In this document: piece after piece, positions 24,201 to 37,438 of the stretch | Position numbering within the stretch: position 1 is the first letter of the stretch | Layout: each line of letters starts with the position of its first letter | Assembly: GCA_030264375.1 (NCBI GenBank) | Contig: JASCQW010000122.1 | Location: forward strand, 22,960,517 to 23,024,516 | Direction: 5' to 3' | DNA: 64,000 bases | Source: Carcharhinus longimanus | Lineage: Eukaryota | Notes under the pieces: generated by a model | The model's database searches: none | The model's input: only the letters and a program-made list of their open reading frames with translations | What the model was told of the DNA's origin: nothing | Translations under genes and position numbers: made by a program

Positions 24201-27200
24201 CCATGATTTTATATTAAAACTGTGAAAAGGTTCATGCAAATTTGTTACAAAAAAGATTCTCTCATGTAGACAGTTCTCACCAAAACACTGTTCGCTAATG
24301 AAATCATCTACAATACAATTCAGGAACAAATTAAGTTTTTGTACTAGCTACTGGGGTCCCACTTACAATTCTAATGAAGTCAACACTCCAATAAGATGTG
24401 TTCAGAAAGTTTCCTGGGCCACCAGCACAGAGATCCTTTTCGCCAATTAGTGCAAAGAAAAAGAAGGGGAGAGAAAAAAAACCAGAGTGCCCGTACTCAA
24501 AGAGCTAGGCCTCACGGCAAATCTGTCATGTCGACTGAATTGATCAACGGGACTGGTATTTCTAATGGCATCTTGTCAGGAAAAGTCAGCCATAGGGAGC
24601 CACCTGTGTTACTCTTTGCAGACAGCTAAAGAGCTAGATACCGATCTCAGGCAGCATCTTTTACTAACAATTTGGGAGAGCAGTCTGATTTCCACTACCG
24701 TACAACTTGTCATTCTGCAATCATCAGAAATGGTTATATGCTGAACACAGCCATTCCATAGACAGCCAATTTACTAGAAACTCAACGCTACAAAACAATG
24801 AGAATGATCAATTTCCAATTTAAAAAAAACAATTAATTGTGCATATCATTATGCTCATGGATTCCATTCTCTAGTAACAAGCATGACCTAGACTTTGCAA
24901 TATAACAAGAGTGCAGATGACGTGGAGTCCTGTTTGGCCAAGGAACGCTTTTCCAGGTTCAACAATACAGCCTCCAAACTCTCAGAAACCAGTTCTTAAG
25001 ACAATAAGATGTGCATGAACCATTTTGAGTGCGCTGCCATAAACATTACAGAATACGGGCAGCCAGATCTACACCAAATACATTATTAAGTTCCACAAAA
25101 TGAATCACAAAAATGAGGAACTTGCATACAAACGTCAGAAGGCGCGCACAATTTTTTTGGGGTGCCTAGTTTGTCAAGCGAGCCAAAAGCACTTGGGTTG
25201 CAAATCACGTATCGCAATCTTTCTTGCTCTCATCAGTCAATGAAATTCTCAGGTTCTTTCTCTTTGCAGCCTGCGGCGGTGGCTTTGCCCAGGGACATAT
25301 ACCAATAGAAAAATTTTCATCGTGTTAGCATTTCAAATGGCAGAAAGTGAAAGGAAGCCCTAACTGATCATAGCCTGCGGAATTAATTGGCTATTCTCTG
25401 AATAATGTCGCTCACCGCATATCCTTGGGAGACCAGCACTAGCCGAGGCCACGTTTTTGTGCAACGGCTTCAAAAAAAAAAAGCGCTTAGGGGGTATTGG
25501 GGGGGGGGTCGGAAAGCTTTAGCGCATTTCCCCAAAGACCAAGCAAATAGAACCAGCGAGCCTTGCCCAACTAATCCATTTGGTAATTAAATGCACAATT
25601 CCATTAAACATTCTTCCATCATTTCAAAATTACATGAACAATAGATTCCGATTGCTCTGAATCTATATGCTGGATACGCGATATCAATGCAATGAACGCG
25701 GCTGGAAGACTTCTGTCTTAAGTGAGGAAAATTTAAAATATTCTCGGCTTTTTGCCAGTTTTAAAACAAAGAACTCAAGTAGACGCCATGTTGCTACTTG
25801 TTTCATTCTGTGGGATTAAAGTTTGGGCTTTTTTTTCACTCATCAAAGGATATGCAATGACCCTGCTTGATATGAGTATACCACTCTTTAAGACACATCT
25901 TAATCTAACCTTTTTAGGACTCTTGGCTTTCAAACTCAAAACAGCATTAAAAATAGGCATTGTTGGTCAGCCCTGGGAGACTGAGCTTCTGGCTTTCGCT
26001 GGCCAGGGCAGTAGCCCTCTGGATACACAGCTGCTTACGCGGCCAAGCAAGCTCTGCACAGCAAAAGGAAAGCAAAGGGGGAGAAAGTGAAAAGACGAGA
26101 TTAAAAAAAATCTTCGCAAATGTTCCATCTTTCGTTATCGACTGCAGCCTAGCGTGAGGTGCCAATTTTCAGCTCTAAAGAGAGGACACAAATTCGCAGC
26201 GGTCCCATTATGCGGTCTCTTCGCTCATTGTATATTCCGTCAACGAAGTCAATCTTATTAACTTCCGCTCTGGTTCACACATGACATTTTCTTCAATTTT
26301 CTTGCCAACATCAAAAACATCAATTAGCAGCTAGAAAATAGGAAGGAACAAATGACAGAGCCCGATAACGTCAACTATTTGAAACAGAGGGTAAATCTAT
26401 TCCGCAATACTGAATGCATTCATTACCAATTCATTTTCAAAGGAGGCTTCCAAATAGCAAGGAAAATTAAATTTATCATCTAGAAATGTCCAGAAATTGT
26501 TTGTTTCTTAATCCTATATCTACAGTGCCTCTTCCAAACGCAAGATGAAGAAATGTTATCTAGTTTTAGGTTTGTACAGTGCAACTTGGAGAGAAATCGA
26601 TGGGTTCAGCACCATACAGGATGCACTGAATCTCACGCAGAAACTTGAAATAGATGTAACCGTACTAACTTACTTCCGATATTTCTACATATTTCGCCCC
26701 TACTTTACTAAATTTAAATACAAGAAAGATTCCTTCGTCCATCAAAATGAGACACAATTTACCAAACTTATTTGCTTTTGCAGCTGACTCTGTTTCACTG
26801 GATAACTGACATGTAGCTTAAAGTGTATCGTGGCAAACACTGTTTTACAATACTTAAGTAAAAGCTATTTCTGCTGATGTGCCTGCTTTATGAGAAGGCT
26901 TTCATGCTTGTATTACATCTCCTAGGGAGTGAATAAAAGCAAATTTAGTGACTGCTGAAGACGACTGCTCGGAATTAATGTGAACAGAAAAGAGCAGCTA
27001 CACCAAATAAACAGATCACTTTCCTCTGACCATTGATTTCTTGATCTTTTGACATTATTTACGAGCTTCCTATTCTCTTTCCTGTCTTTTTTCCAATGTC
27101 ACAAAGGAAAAATGTCTAAACAGCTGATGGCAGGATTATCAATTAGCTGTCAAGATTCTGCTTTCCAGCACTGAACAATACCTGCCATAACACTGAAGAT

Positions 27201-30200
27201 CGGTAATACAGCGAGACACATACAATACTGTGCTCTCTGCATACAGACTTGGGTAACACAGTGGCAAGTCTTGAATGAAACTTATGTCCGATCATTTCTA
27301 CAATTATATTGATTTATCCAGTTGTAACTGAATACATATTGTAAATTATAATTAAGAATTTATATTTAATATCAGATAACATTGACTTGCAACTGCACAT
27401 TTTTCTTCTCAAAAGGTGGGGTGGCAGTTAGGGTGCTCGATTCCTGCCGCATAAGCTGCTGCAAACACATTCCACTGACATTGCAATCAGTTCTTTTGGT
27501 GCAGCTAGGACCTAACCTTGATGCTTCTATTTATTCTGTTTGTACAGCAGAGGTAAGGCATGAAGCGGGGGGGAAAAGAGAGATGGAATGGCATTTCTTC
27601 GTTCAGTGATTAAGCTGGCAATAACCAGACTGTAATGAGAATGGACACATTTGCTCCAGCAATCACAATCAATGCTTGCACAAAAATATAGTCCTGTTTT
27701 TAAGAACTTTTGCAAGTTGCGGAATTAAGAGTCGTAAGTACAATTTATTCAGCGTGTCACTAGACACTGCAGTCCGTGCAGTACAATTAAAGTTCTTTTA
27801 AAAATAAATCACTCCATAAACAAAACCAGCACATGATAATAGTCCTACAATCTGTGTTAACAGGTCTTGCAATGTTAGCTATCCTTCAGAGATAAAATTT
27901 CAGTTGTCAATGTATCTAAAATTACACGGCAAGAATAGAGATGATACATAAAATTTTCAGACAAGTTAGGGTTCACAAAGAAAAAACTAATAACAAATTA
28001 TCTACATCTTCTTTAAATGATGCGCTTAAGTAAAATAGAACACAACTAAAATCATTTCAATTTATTTAACAACTGCGTGTGTCTCTTTCAGTTTGTGTGA
28101 GAATCTGCATCAGAATTCCCAATCCTTTCAGCCTTTTTTTTGAAAAAGGAGCAGAACGTAGGTCTGGATAACGGCTTGGTAGCATTCGGAAGTTCCGCAC
28201 ATTTAAAACCAACAACACTGCTGCGTAGTTTAGTCAATGTTTTATAAATATCTTAAATATTTTGTGGCACCTAAAAAAAAATGGCATGTTCCGGAAATAG
28301 CAGTTAAAGTAATTTAAGCATTTCGTTAGAACATCCTGGACAACAATCAGTCAGAATATATTTGGGGACAGGTGGCAGCGTTAGAGAAAGAATCTTCAAA
28401 GATTTTCCAGTACTTTAATATCTGGCTACATTTGCTAGAAAATTCCCTATCTGCAGTATCTTGCAGCTCACCCACAACCACATAGAATTCTAAAATATTA
28501 CTAATGACGAGAGCCAAGCTACGTGATGCTAAACTCCAAAACTCGTGTTTTAATTTTGACATGCTTTTTTGTCAAGTGTCACATTTAATTTTTTTTAAAA
28601 ACAACTATTCTGGATTTAATTTTGGCACCACAAAAGTCCAAAACCCAACATTCCACGAAGGGTTATTGCTATTTTTCTCCAACGATTTACATCCTTATTT
28701 GGAATAACAGGCCCAAATATTTTTTACTGTTGTGTAAATAGCAAAATGTTCATTGACCCAAAGCTGCAAACAGCAACCACAAGCTGCTGATTACCGGCAT
28801 TTGCGGTTGTGGTTCTGCACCATGCTCTGTCCTTGAAACTGATGCCGCACACGAATCCATTAGGCGAGAGAGTTGGTGCTCTTGATCTATTATTTACAAA
28901 GAAAACCCTCCCCTTGCTTAAGTGGCCCCTATACTTCAGCCTTCATTACAAGATCATTTTTATTCTGGTAAAAAAAAAACCTCATACTCAGTTTAATCAG
29001 GCTGACACCTATACTCTGTCCGGTCTTGCTACTTGGAACTTAAAAAAAAGCACTCCTTTTGCGACACTGTCATTTGGAGCACTGTTATATTTTAAACATC
29101 CAAAATTAAGTATAATTGATTAGCCGAGATCCCACGCCAATTGGCCTTTTTGATTCAAAATTTAACAGTTTGCTGCCTACTATACATTACCCTGGATTTT
29201 TCCTTTGGTATTGCAATTTATATAGCTGCCTCTTAGATAATGCAACCATTCTGTTTACAGCTATCACTTGTGCACTGAGAGGATTTTTTTTAAAAAAGGA
29301 AACTGAGGGGATCCAATTAATGTTTCATCAATTTTGGGCAAGACTTATAAAGAAACATTTAGTGGAATTGTCTTTTATACCACTGTAGAACTTATTTCTG
29401 CAATATTCTATGCTTCATTGAGTATTTATATATTAAACTTGCAGGACAATTTAAATTAACAACTACTAGTTGTTCTTAATCATATTTGTTTCCCACTCAG
29501 TAAGTATATTGTACAATACATAAATTTTAAGATCTGGCAAGCTATAAAACACAGATTAGACCCTCCTCCACTAATCTCCCCTTTACCCTTCCAATCAATT
29601 TTTAAATACAATAGCGATGGAATTTTTATTATGCTTTATAAAGTGGTGCTGTCATATTATTTGTTATGCTGGGGAAAAACAGCAAGACAAAAAAATTGTT
29701 TGTTGCCTGATTTATTTATATCACAATAATGCTATCGGTTACATACTTCCAAAAGCACTGTATTACACTTGAGGAATTCAGACTACTTGCCTTAATCATT
29801 TTGACATTTAACTAGCAATTATTAATTCAATTTGTCTTTATTACAGCCACCAGAGACTGATGGATAACCATCACTAGATGTGATACAGCACTGCATGACA
29901 GAAAATTGCAGAACAATGCAATATTATAGATAGAGCTGTTAAGCAGCTGCTAATATTGTACAGCTGAGACTCCCTTTCAGGTGAACACCATTACCCTGGC
30001 CACGGTTGATCTAAGCACCAGCAAAAAAAACTACAACGCTAAACTATTCAGGTCAATATATGTATTNNNNNNNNNNNNNNNNNNNNNNNNNNNNNNNNNN
30101 NNNNNNNNNNNNNNNNNNNNNNNNNNNNNNNNNNNNNNNNNNNNNNNNNNNNNNNNNNNNNNNNNNTATGTATTCGAATACAAAAAAAAGATTTACATGC

Positions 30201-30589
30201 TAGATGAAACACACTTAAGAGTCACTAGCCACCCCTCAAAATAAACTATTCGATTTTCACAAGAACTTCTGATGCAAGATGCAAAGAAAGCCAACTTTGC
30301 CATTAGCCAAAGGACATCGAATTGGGTAGCCCACTAAAAATATTGCCGACCCAAATCTATTATTAATATGCATGAATAGTGCACACGTTCTCCTCTTTAA
30401 ATCGTCTTTGATAGGCAGCCACAATTCCATGTGATTTGTTTAAATGGATACTGTTAAGGCATCTGTCATTCTGACTATGTGGAGGAACACTCATTGTCAC
30501 AAACAGAATTGACACAAAGAAAAAAGTTGAAAGCAGCCAGGCTTCCGAAACTTGTAACAGTGCAGCATTACTCATTTTGATAGCATGGA

Positions 30590-31150
30590 ACCTCTATGAA
30601 TTTCTCTCTCCAGTTAATACATTCATAAAGTACCATACAAACTTGAGAGCATTACAACATAAGGTGTTATTTTTCCCGTCATGGCTGCACCACCTCAAAT
30701 CATTCACCTTTTTCCACCAAATATCTATCCAATTCTTTTTCAAAGGCTATTATGGATTCCACTTCCACCATCATTACAGGCAGGCAGTTCCATAACCTCA
30801 TAGCCAACTGCAATTTTAAAAAAAATCTTTCAAATTATCTTGCTCTTTTTAATGACATTAAATGTTTCTGGTTAGAATTCAACAACAGGTGGATTTAGTT
30901 TTCCCATATTATCAAACACCGCATGATTTTAAGTATCTCAGATCTTCTCTTAATTTGCCCTGTTCTTAGGTGAAAGAGCTCCAATTTTTCCAATTTCCTT
31001 ATAACTAAAGCTTCTCACTCCAATTTTACCTTTCTTCTGCAAACTGTGAACATATGATGTCGAGGCAGGAATAGTCTACTTGGCCCCTCAAGCCATAACT
31101 GACATCCTTCCCATTGTGTACACAAAACTGGAGTGGAATACACTTGCTTT
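30590..31150 (-). mobile_element. Old, heavily decayed CR1 fragments
   Basis: atatctatccaattctttttcaagg...ttccaccatcattacaggcaggcagttccataacctc and aggaatagtctacttggcccctcaagcc resemble reversed CR1 3' region. Confidence 0.55.
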
Positions 31151-32014
31151 CCATTTTAGGCACCTACTATTGAAGTAAAGCACTCAGATACAAGTGTCCT
31201 ATTCTACTTCCACTCCTCACCACCCCGTCAACTGAATTCAGAAGAGGGAACCAAAACAATACTAACAATCTGAAGACCATAAATCTAGGCATCACTGCAT
31301 TCCAGCACTGTGCTGCATTGGCCATTCTGTGTGTGAGCCAAGGCTGTGAAGACTGGAAAGTAATCTGACCATCCAGCACATTATAGTAAGCCCAGCCCTG
31401 CCCTCACCAGACAGACATTCTTTAACACATGCTTCACATATCAGCTACTCTATGTCAATTAGAAGTAGAATTGTGGATGAATTTTGTCCTTCATATTCTA
31501 GTAGTGTTGAAACCATTTGGAGAACTATCGTGCCTAACTTAGCATAACCAAAAATTACACACAGAAACTTCCAATTCAATACTGTTTACTCAGTGAAATG
31601 GTGCAATTATGCACTGACCTATTCAGCAGCACCTAGACTGTAATGTTATGGTTAATAGTGGAATTTTTAAAATTGTTTTACCAAATTTTACTGAAGCTAT
31701 TGTTCAGTACAGAGGAAATGTAAAGTTTTAATATAAATATAAAAATATTTAGTGCAGCATGGTAAAAATGCAGCTCATTTTCTTTCAGCGTTAACAAGCC
31801 CCATATGGCTCCTTGTAACATGGTTTTCAGATAAGGAGATCGAGTGTGATGGATTAAAACCTTATCTTAGTGACCAAAGTAATGAAGAAATGTCATCTTC
31901 ACAGGACTTTTTTTTAAAAAGTCAATCATACTTTATTTAACATCGGAGATACTTCTAACTAAACATGTTCATCCCCAAATAAAGAAATAAATATATTTTT
32001 AATTGAGCTTTGAC

Positions 32015-32145
32015 TAAGGATCATCTGGACTTGAAAAGTCAGCCTTTTTTTCTCTCCTTACAGATGCTGCCAGATCTGCTGAGATTTTCAAGCATTTTCT
32101 CTTTTGGTTTCAGATATTCCAGCATCCACAGTAATTTGCTTTTAA
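32015..32145 (+). mobile_element. Short high-copy shark repeat (probably Penelope-terminal-repeat derived)
   Basis: acagatgctgccagatctgctgagattttcaagcattttct...cagatattccagcatccacagtaatttgctttt. An inverted copy lies at 51412-51545. Superfamily is from memory. Confidence 0.65.
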
Positions 32146-32319
32146 TGTATTTTTAGTACCTGCTAGATGCCAAACTCACCAGCTAACCTAATACACCCGT
32201 AAACAGTAAGATAGCACAGTACAGTGATCATGGAGAAATGCAAAACTAGAATTTAGGCTAATGTTCCTTTTTTAAAAAAAGGATCAGTCTAAGTCAGCCT
32301 ATTTAGAAAGAGAGAGACT

Positions 32320-32436
32320 TCAGCCGGAATTTTACCACAAGCCCGCCCTGATTCCAGGGCATGCAGAAGGGAAATCTTCACTGGCCTCGGGCAGGATTTT
32401 ACAAACTCACCCGAACGAGGTTGTAAAATCCCGCCC
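32320..32436. mobile_element. ~115-bp MITE with imperfect terminal inverted repeats
   Basis: Left cagccggaattttac, right gtaaaatcccgccc. A related copy lies at 60451-60573. Confidence 0.65.
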
Positions 32437-34429
32437 ACCAAGTCGCAAGGTTAAATCAACGTATGCAGAAATAATAGTGGCAAGAAAATTATCTAGAAAA
32501 AAATACTTCAATTTAAGTAACGGAGATCAAAGATTTAACACTAATTCTGAAACCATTAATATAAAAGGGAGAGGCAACACTGAATACGCAGCTGTTCAAT
32601 CAACAGTTGAAAGTAAAAGCTGGGCTAATACTGCTGATAAAAGGTTGGAGCCAAACATGAAGCTTTCCTTCTCTTTCAGATGCTGATTGACCTACTGTGC
32701 AATTTTTAGTCTCTCTTTATTAGCTGGAAAGATAACCAGTGAGTGCATGGTAACAAACAAGATAATTAAAGATAGGGCTCTCTGAAGAAATTCAGATGTG
32801 TTTTTACCCCAGTTCGAAGGAAAAAATGTTTGGTCATTAGAAATGTTTCTTTCCCCTCTTTCAAAAACTCTTGATTCATGGTTTTAATTGAACATTTAGT
32901 TCTGTACCAAATGGTGTTTATACCTTACCTGCGCAGCTCCTCTCGCCTTGCATAATGAAAATATTTATGGTTTACGAAGAGTAAAAGTGTTTAAATCCAG
33001 GAAAGGATCGGCTAAAAAAAAAAACACCCCCATAAAACCTTCACACTTTAAGTCTTTTACCATTTGCTGCTTAATGCAATCACAGCAGACAAACTGTCGG
33101 GATCACTATCCGCTCAGAGTTAATCAACCGTTCAGCCTAGTCTGTTCATTCTATAATATTACATTGGAATACAACACTGTGCACTTAATACCTTGCTGCA
33201 GTTATATAGCAATTCTCAGCTTGATGATGCCCAAAGGGTGCAATTATCTTCAATTTCACCAAGTAATTTTTATTATGGAATTCCAGTTGACCGCATCGCA
33301 TAAAAAGTTAGAATATTCAACCATTTCCGCTCATCTCAAAATAGCGCACATGCAATTCTGTGCAGTTGAAACTTCAAACATAAAGGACTTAATCACAGGA
33401 CAATATTAGACCAATTACAAATACAAAAAAGTCTAAAGTAGGCCCAATGACTAATATTAATTTGGGTATAAGAATTCAGCCCAAAAGGAAGGGATTTGTA
33501 ACTTGATCTTTTCCCAAAATTACCAAAAAAAAGTTAAATAGCACCGTACTGCATAAAGATTGAGATTACTTGTAATCAATTAAAACTAGTGAATAGTTGT
33601 CCAGTACTTGCCAAAAAATCATATACAATATATTGCCAGCCTGTCCTTGAATTGCAACTTTAACTGCACCAATTACTGTTTCAGTAGGAACTGATTATGT
33701 AATACTTGCAAGGCAGTGAACATGAGCAAAAAAAACACAAATCTGGAATATTTTCAGGACCATCTAAATTGTATTTTTCTTGACGGAGAGGTCAATTTTC
33801 CCAGCTCGGTGTTAGAATGCTGCCGAGAGTTAATAATCACTGCTAGATCTTCTCTACAGGCTCAAACACCTTGGGAGATTATTCAGGTAAGTCAGCTGCA
33901 GCTTCAGGAATTTCACATCATATTTAGCTTGTCTATAAGCCAACTGATCTGGAATCAATTTGTTTGCTCAGAGTTAACTGTCGATTTGTGATGAATGGAT
34001 AATCTACATTTAGAAAACCTCAGTTCTTTCAGTTAAACTGAATTTGTAACTATAGCGGGAGCATTGACTTACTTGTGTTACAGGACTCCTCCACTGCCCA
34101 CTCTTTTCCCATCCCCACGCTACCCCGTTACAACCTAGCATTCAGCATGGCCTTCATGCCAATGACCCTTGAGAATAGTGCATCTGCATGCACCCATCAG
34201 CTCATGCAAAACAAACAGCATGCGTAATTGACATTGCACACCAGAGCTTTGTGACCTTCAAAGGTGAAGAATCCTTCTTCATCAAAACCAAATCCCATGG
34301 ATCAGCTACAAGGTTTCACTGCCAAGGTCCAAAAACCTCCTCCTGAAAGTAGCCACAGCCATGGGAACAAAAACAGGCCACACCAGAAATTGTTCCCAGG
34401 TTACTCTGTTATTTTAAAAGGCTAACTGA

Positions 34430-35280
34430 ATGTTAACCTCATCTCAATGGAATTGGAATTCAAGAAGTGATGCCTCTTTTTTACAAAATCTTGTCAGGCC
34501 TCATCTAGTGTGTCATGTTCAGTTTTGGACACTAAACCTCAGCAAGAATATTCTAGTCTTGGGAGGGGTACAGCAAAAACAAAAATCACCAGAATCAAGA
34601 ATTAAAGGGATAAACTATGTGAACAGGTTACATAAAGATGGCTATTATGCCCTCTAGTTCAGAGGGTCAGATGCCATCTAATCAAGGTCTTCAAAATGGT
34701 AAAATGGACTTAACGCTATTTCCACTGACTGGAGAAATCAGGAGACGAGAACATAATCTTGAAAAATCAAGCTGTGCAGTTTACTCCATCTAAGAACATA
34801 ATAAGAACATAAGTAGTAGGAGCAGGAGTAGGCCATCTAGCCCTTAGAGCCTGCCCTGCCATTCAATAAGATCATGGCTGATCTGAAGTGGATNNNNNNN
34901 NNNNNNNNNNNNNNNNNNNNNNNNNNNNNNNNNNNNNNNNNNNNNNNNNNNNNNNNNNNNNNNNNNNNNNNNNNNNNNNNNNNNNNNNNNNNNCAGCTGC
35001 GGCCTCACCAGTGCCCTGTACAGTTGCAGCAAGACCTCCCTGCTTTTATATTCTATCCCCCTTGCTATAAGGGCCAGCATCCCATTCGCCTCTCCCAAAA
35101 GAATGTGGATACTGGATTAAACTAAAATTCTCACGGCCAGGTAGGAGAGTTTATTTTACTGGGGAAGGACATCAACTCATATGGGTCAAAGTTGGAGTTG
35201 AAGTACAGGTCAATCTGATCTAGTTAATTGACAGAACACATTCAAGGGTCTGAAAGCCTACTCCTGTTCCCTATATATTT
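34430..35280 (+). mobile_element. Old CR1 3' region interrupted by a younger CR1
   Basis: LVRPHLVCHVQFW (CR1 LVRPHLEYCVQFW motif) in ORF 34430-34657, and tail aagggtctgaaagcctactcctgttccctat near 35245-35275. Confidence 0.75.
34790..35093 (-). mobile_element. Young 5'-truncated CR1 (same subfamily as 213-582)
   Basis: EANGMLALIARGIEYKSREVLLQLYRALVRPQL, and plus taagaacataataagaacataagtagtaggagcaggagtaggccatctagccc is the reversed tail. Confidence 0.92.
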
Positions 35281-36227
35281 CTCCTGCAGGAATGTATGTA
35301 CTTGGATAAGGCATAAGCTTTTCTCAAAAGGGAATATTCGCATGAAAACAGATGTATATGAACCAAGTATGGAGGAGACTTTGGTTGACTCCCTTTTAGT
35401 GTTCCTGCTCTCAATATTATTTGGGTGAGAAGTAACAACCTACCAGCTAAGGAAAGCCTGACCCATAGGACGCTGGCTCTTAGCACCCACTTTTCACCCC
35501 CCAGCCCCCTCCACAACCCCGGATGTGACAAGCTGCCTGCAGGGTAGCAGCTGCCATGCGTGCCACATTGCAACAGGCCATCCAGCAGCTGGGTTAATCC
35601 CAGCAGTGACAGGATGAGGTCCTTAAATGGTCCAGAAGTAGTCACTTGAGGGCCTCAAATGGTTGTGGCCACCATAGTCAACCATGGGTCCTTTTGCCCA
35701 GAACTTAATTCGGGCAGAGGCAGGAAGGCACATGGTTCCAGTATGCCATGATCCCAGCCAAGTACATGCCCTTCCACGTTTGCCACCAGTGAGAGCACAA
35801 GATTCCATCCACAAGCAGGACTGGGTCTAAAATCAAGCCTTCTAAGCTCTTGTCGCATCACATACTGTTGTATCATAACAAACTACTCTTAAAACAAGTC
35901 AAAAGAAGTTTGAAACAAGAATACAAGATTAATTTTAACTAAAATACGGTGTTAGAAATGCAGTGGCCTTTTTCTAAAATGGTGATATTCTGTGTCGTGT
36001 TAATATTGCCAGTTTTGTTGCTACCATAGGCATTCCAATTCTGCTGCTCGCAATTTCCTGTAGACTTCCACTGAGCAGAAACACCTTTGCCTGGACTCCT
36101 TGAGAGACTATTATAAACACCTCTCACTGCTGCTCATGTCTGCATAGCATCTTTCATCTAGCACTTCATTTTTCTACCCTTCGAGATGTTATTTAGCAAG
36201 TATAATGTTTAAATCATCTGCATGTCA

Positions 36228-36445
36228 TGGTCCCATGGCACTAACTTTCTTAAGAGCAAGGGAGTTATCTCTCAATCATCATCACAAAAACAGATTATCA
36301 CATTGCTCGTTTGTGGGATTTTGCTGTGAACAAAACATTGTGATTCCGACATTACATTAATTTCAAAAAGAATATCCATTGCCTATAATGCATTTTGGGA
36401 CATCCGGTTGATCACGAAAGACACTATATAAATGTGAGTCATTTG
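36228..36445 (+). mobile_element. Deu-domain SINE 3' half (SacSINE1-like)
   Basis: tcccatggcact...gagcaagggagttatct...cagattatcacattgct...gtggga...cattttgggacatcc...gaaagacactatataaatg (L2-type tail). Confidence 0.7.
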
Positions 36446-36464
36446 TTTTTCTTAAACTGATGAG

Positions 36465-36790
36465 CCGTGGGTCAGTTGGCAGCACTCACGCCTCTTAAGT
36501 TAGATGGTTGTGGGTTCATGTCACACACCAAAGATGTAAGTACAAAAACAAGACTGACACTCAGATACAGTGCTGAGGGAGTGCTGCACCCTCAGTAGAG
36601 CCGTTGTTCAGGTGAGACATTAAACCAACACACTGTCAGATCCCATGACACTATTTTGAAGACGACCAGGGAGTTCTCTCTGATGTCTTGGCCAACATTC
36701 ATCAATCAACATTAATAAAACAGGTTATCTGGTCATCACCACATTGCTGAGCACCTATTATGCCAACAGGTGCTGTATAAAGTCAAATCT
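36465..36790 (+). mobile_element. tRNA-headed Deu-domain SINE (SacSINE1-like)
   Basis: Pol III head (gtgggtcagttggcagcac...gtgggttcatgtc) followed by cagtgctgagggagtgctgcac...gagacattaaacc...gatcccatgacactattttgaaga. Confidence 0.75.
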
Positions 36791-37159
36791 TCGTTCTCCC
36801 ATTGTCCCCGATAACTTATGACTATTTCACTTAATGGCAATAGCCACTGTTTACCACGACTTATTCTGACCTTTAGCCAAACATGTAAATTAAACCATTT
36901 TACTGAAATATGAAAGACTTAGCCAATCCCATAACAAGTTGACAAATGTCAACTGAAGAGCTCACAGGATGGGAAATAAAATTATAATATTATTCCAGAA
37001 AGAGCTGGAAACATTCATCAAAAGTCAAGGCCCAGGATCATGAATGGGCAGTGAAGAAGGAGCTTTGCTTTGTGTCTAATCTATGGGGTGATGCTACTCA
37101 GCATAACATTTGGAAGAAAAAATACCGTTCCAAACATTACACTTATATTATAACTACAC

Positions 37160-37438
37160 CGTGGTTAGCACTGCTGCCTCACAGTGCCAGGGGTTCAATT
37201 CCAGCTTGAGTCACTGTCTATGTGGAATTTGCACATTCTCCCCGTATCTATGTTGGTTTCCTCCTTCAGTCCAAAGATATGTAGGTTAGGTGGATTGGCC
37301 ATTCTAAATTGCCCCTTAGTATCAGGGGGACTAGCTAGGGTAAATGCATGGCATAATGAAGATAGGGCCTGGGTGGGTTTGTGGTCGGTGCAGGCTTAAT
37401 GAATGGCCTCCTTCTGCACTGTAGAATTCTATGAATTC
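37160..37438 (+). mobile_element. HE1-type V-SINE with CR1/HER1-like tail
   Basis: gtggttagcactgctgcctcacag (A box), ggttcaattcc (B box), V-domain tgtggaatttgcacattctcccc, tail aatggcctccttctgcactgtagaattctatga. Confidence 0.9.

Noticed and set aside
37160-37215. tRNA genes (also near 36470, 40700, 44340)
   Set aside because: The A/B boxes belong to SINE heads followed by SINE bodies, with no complete cloverleaf.
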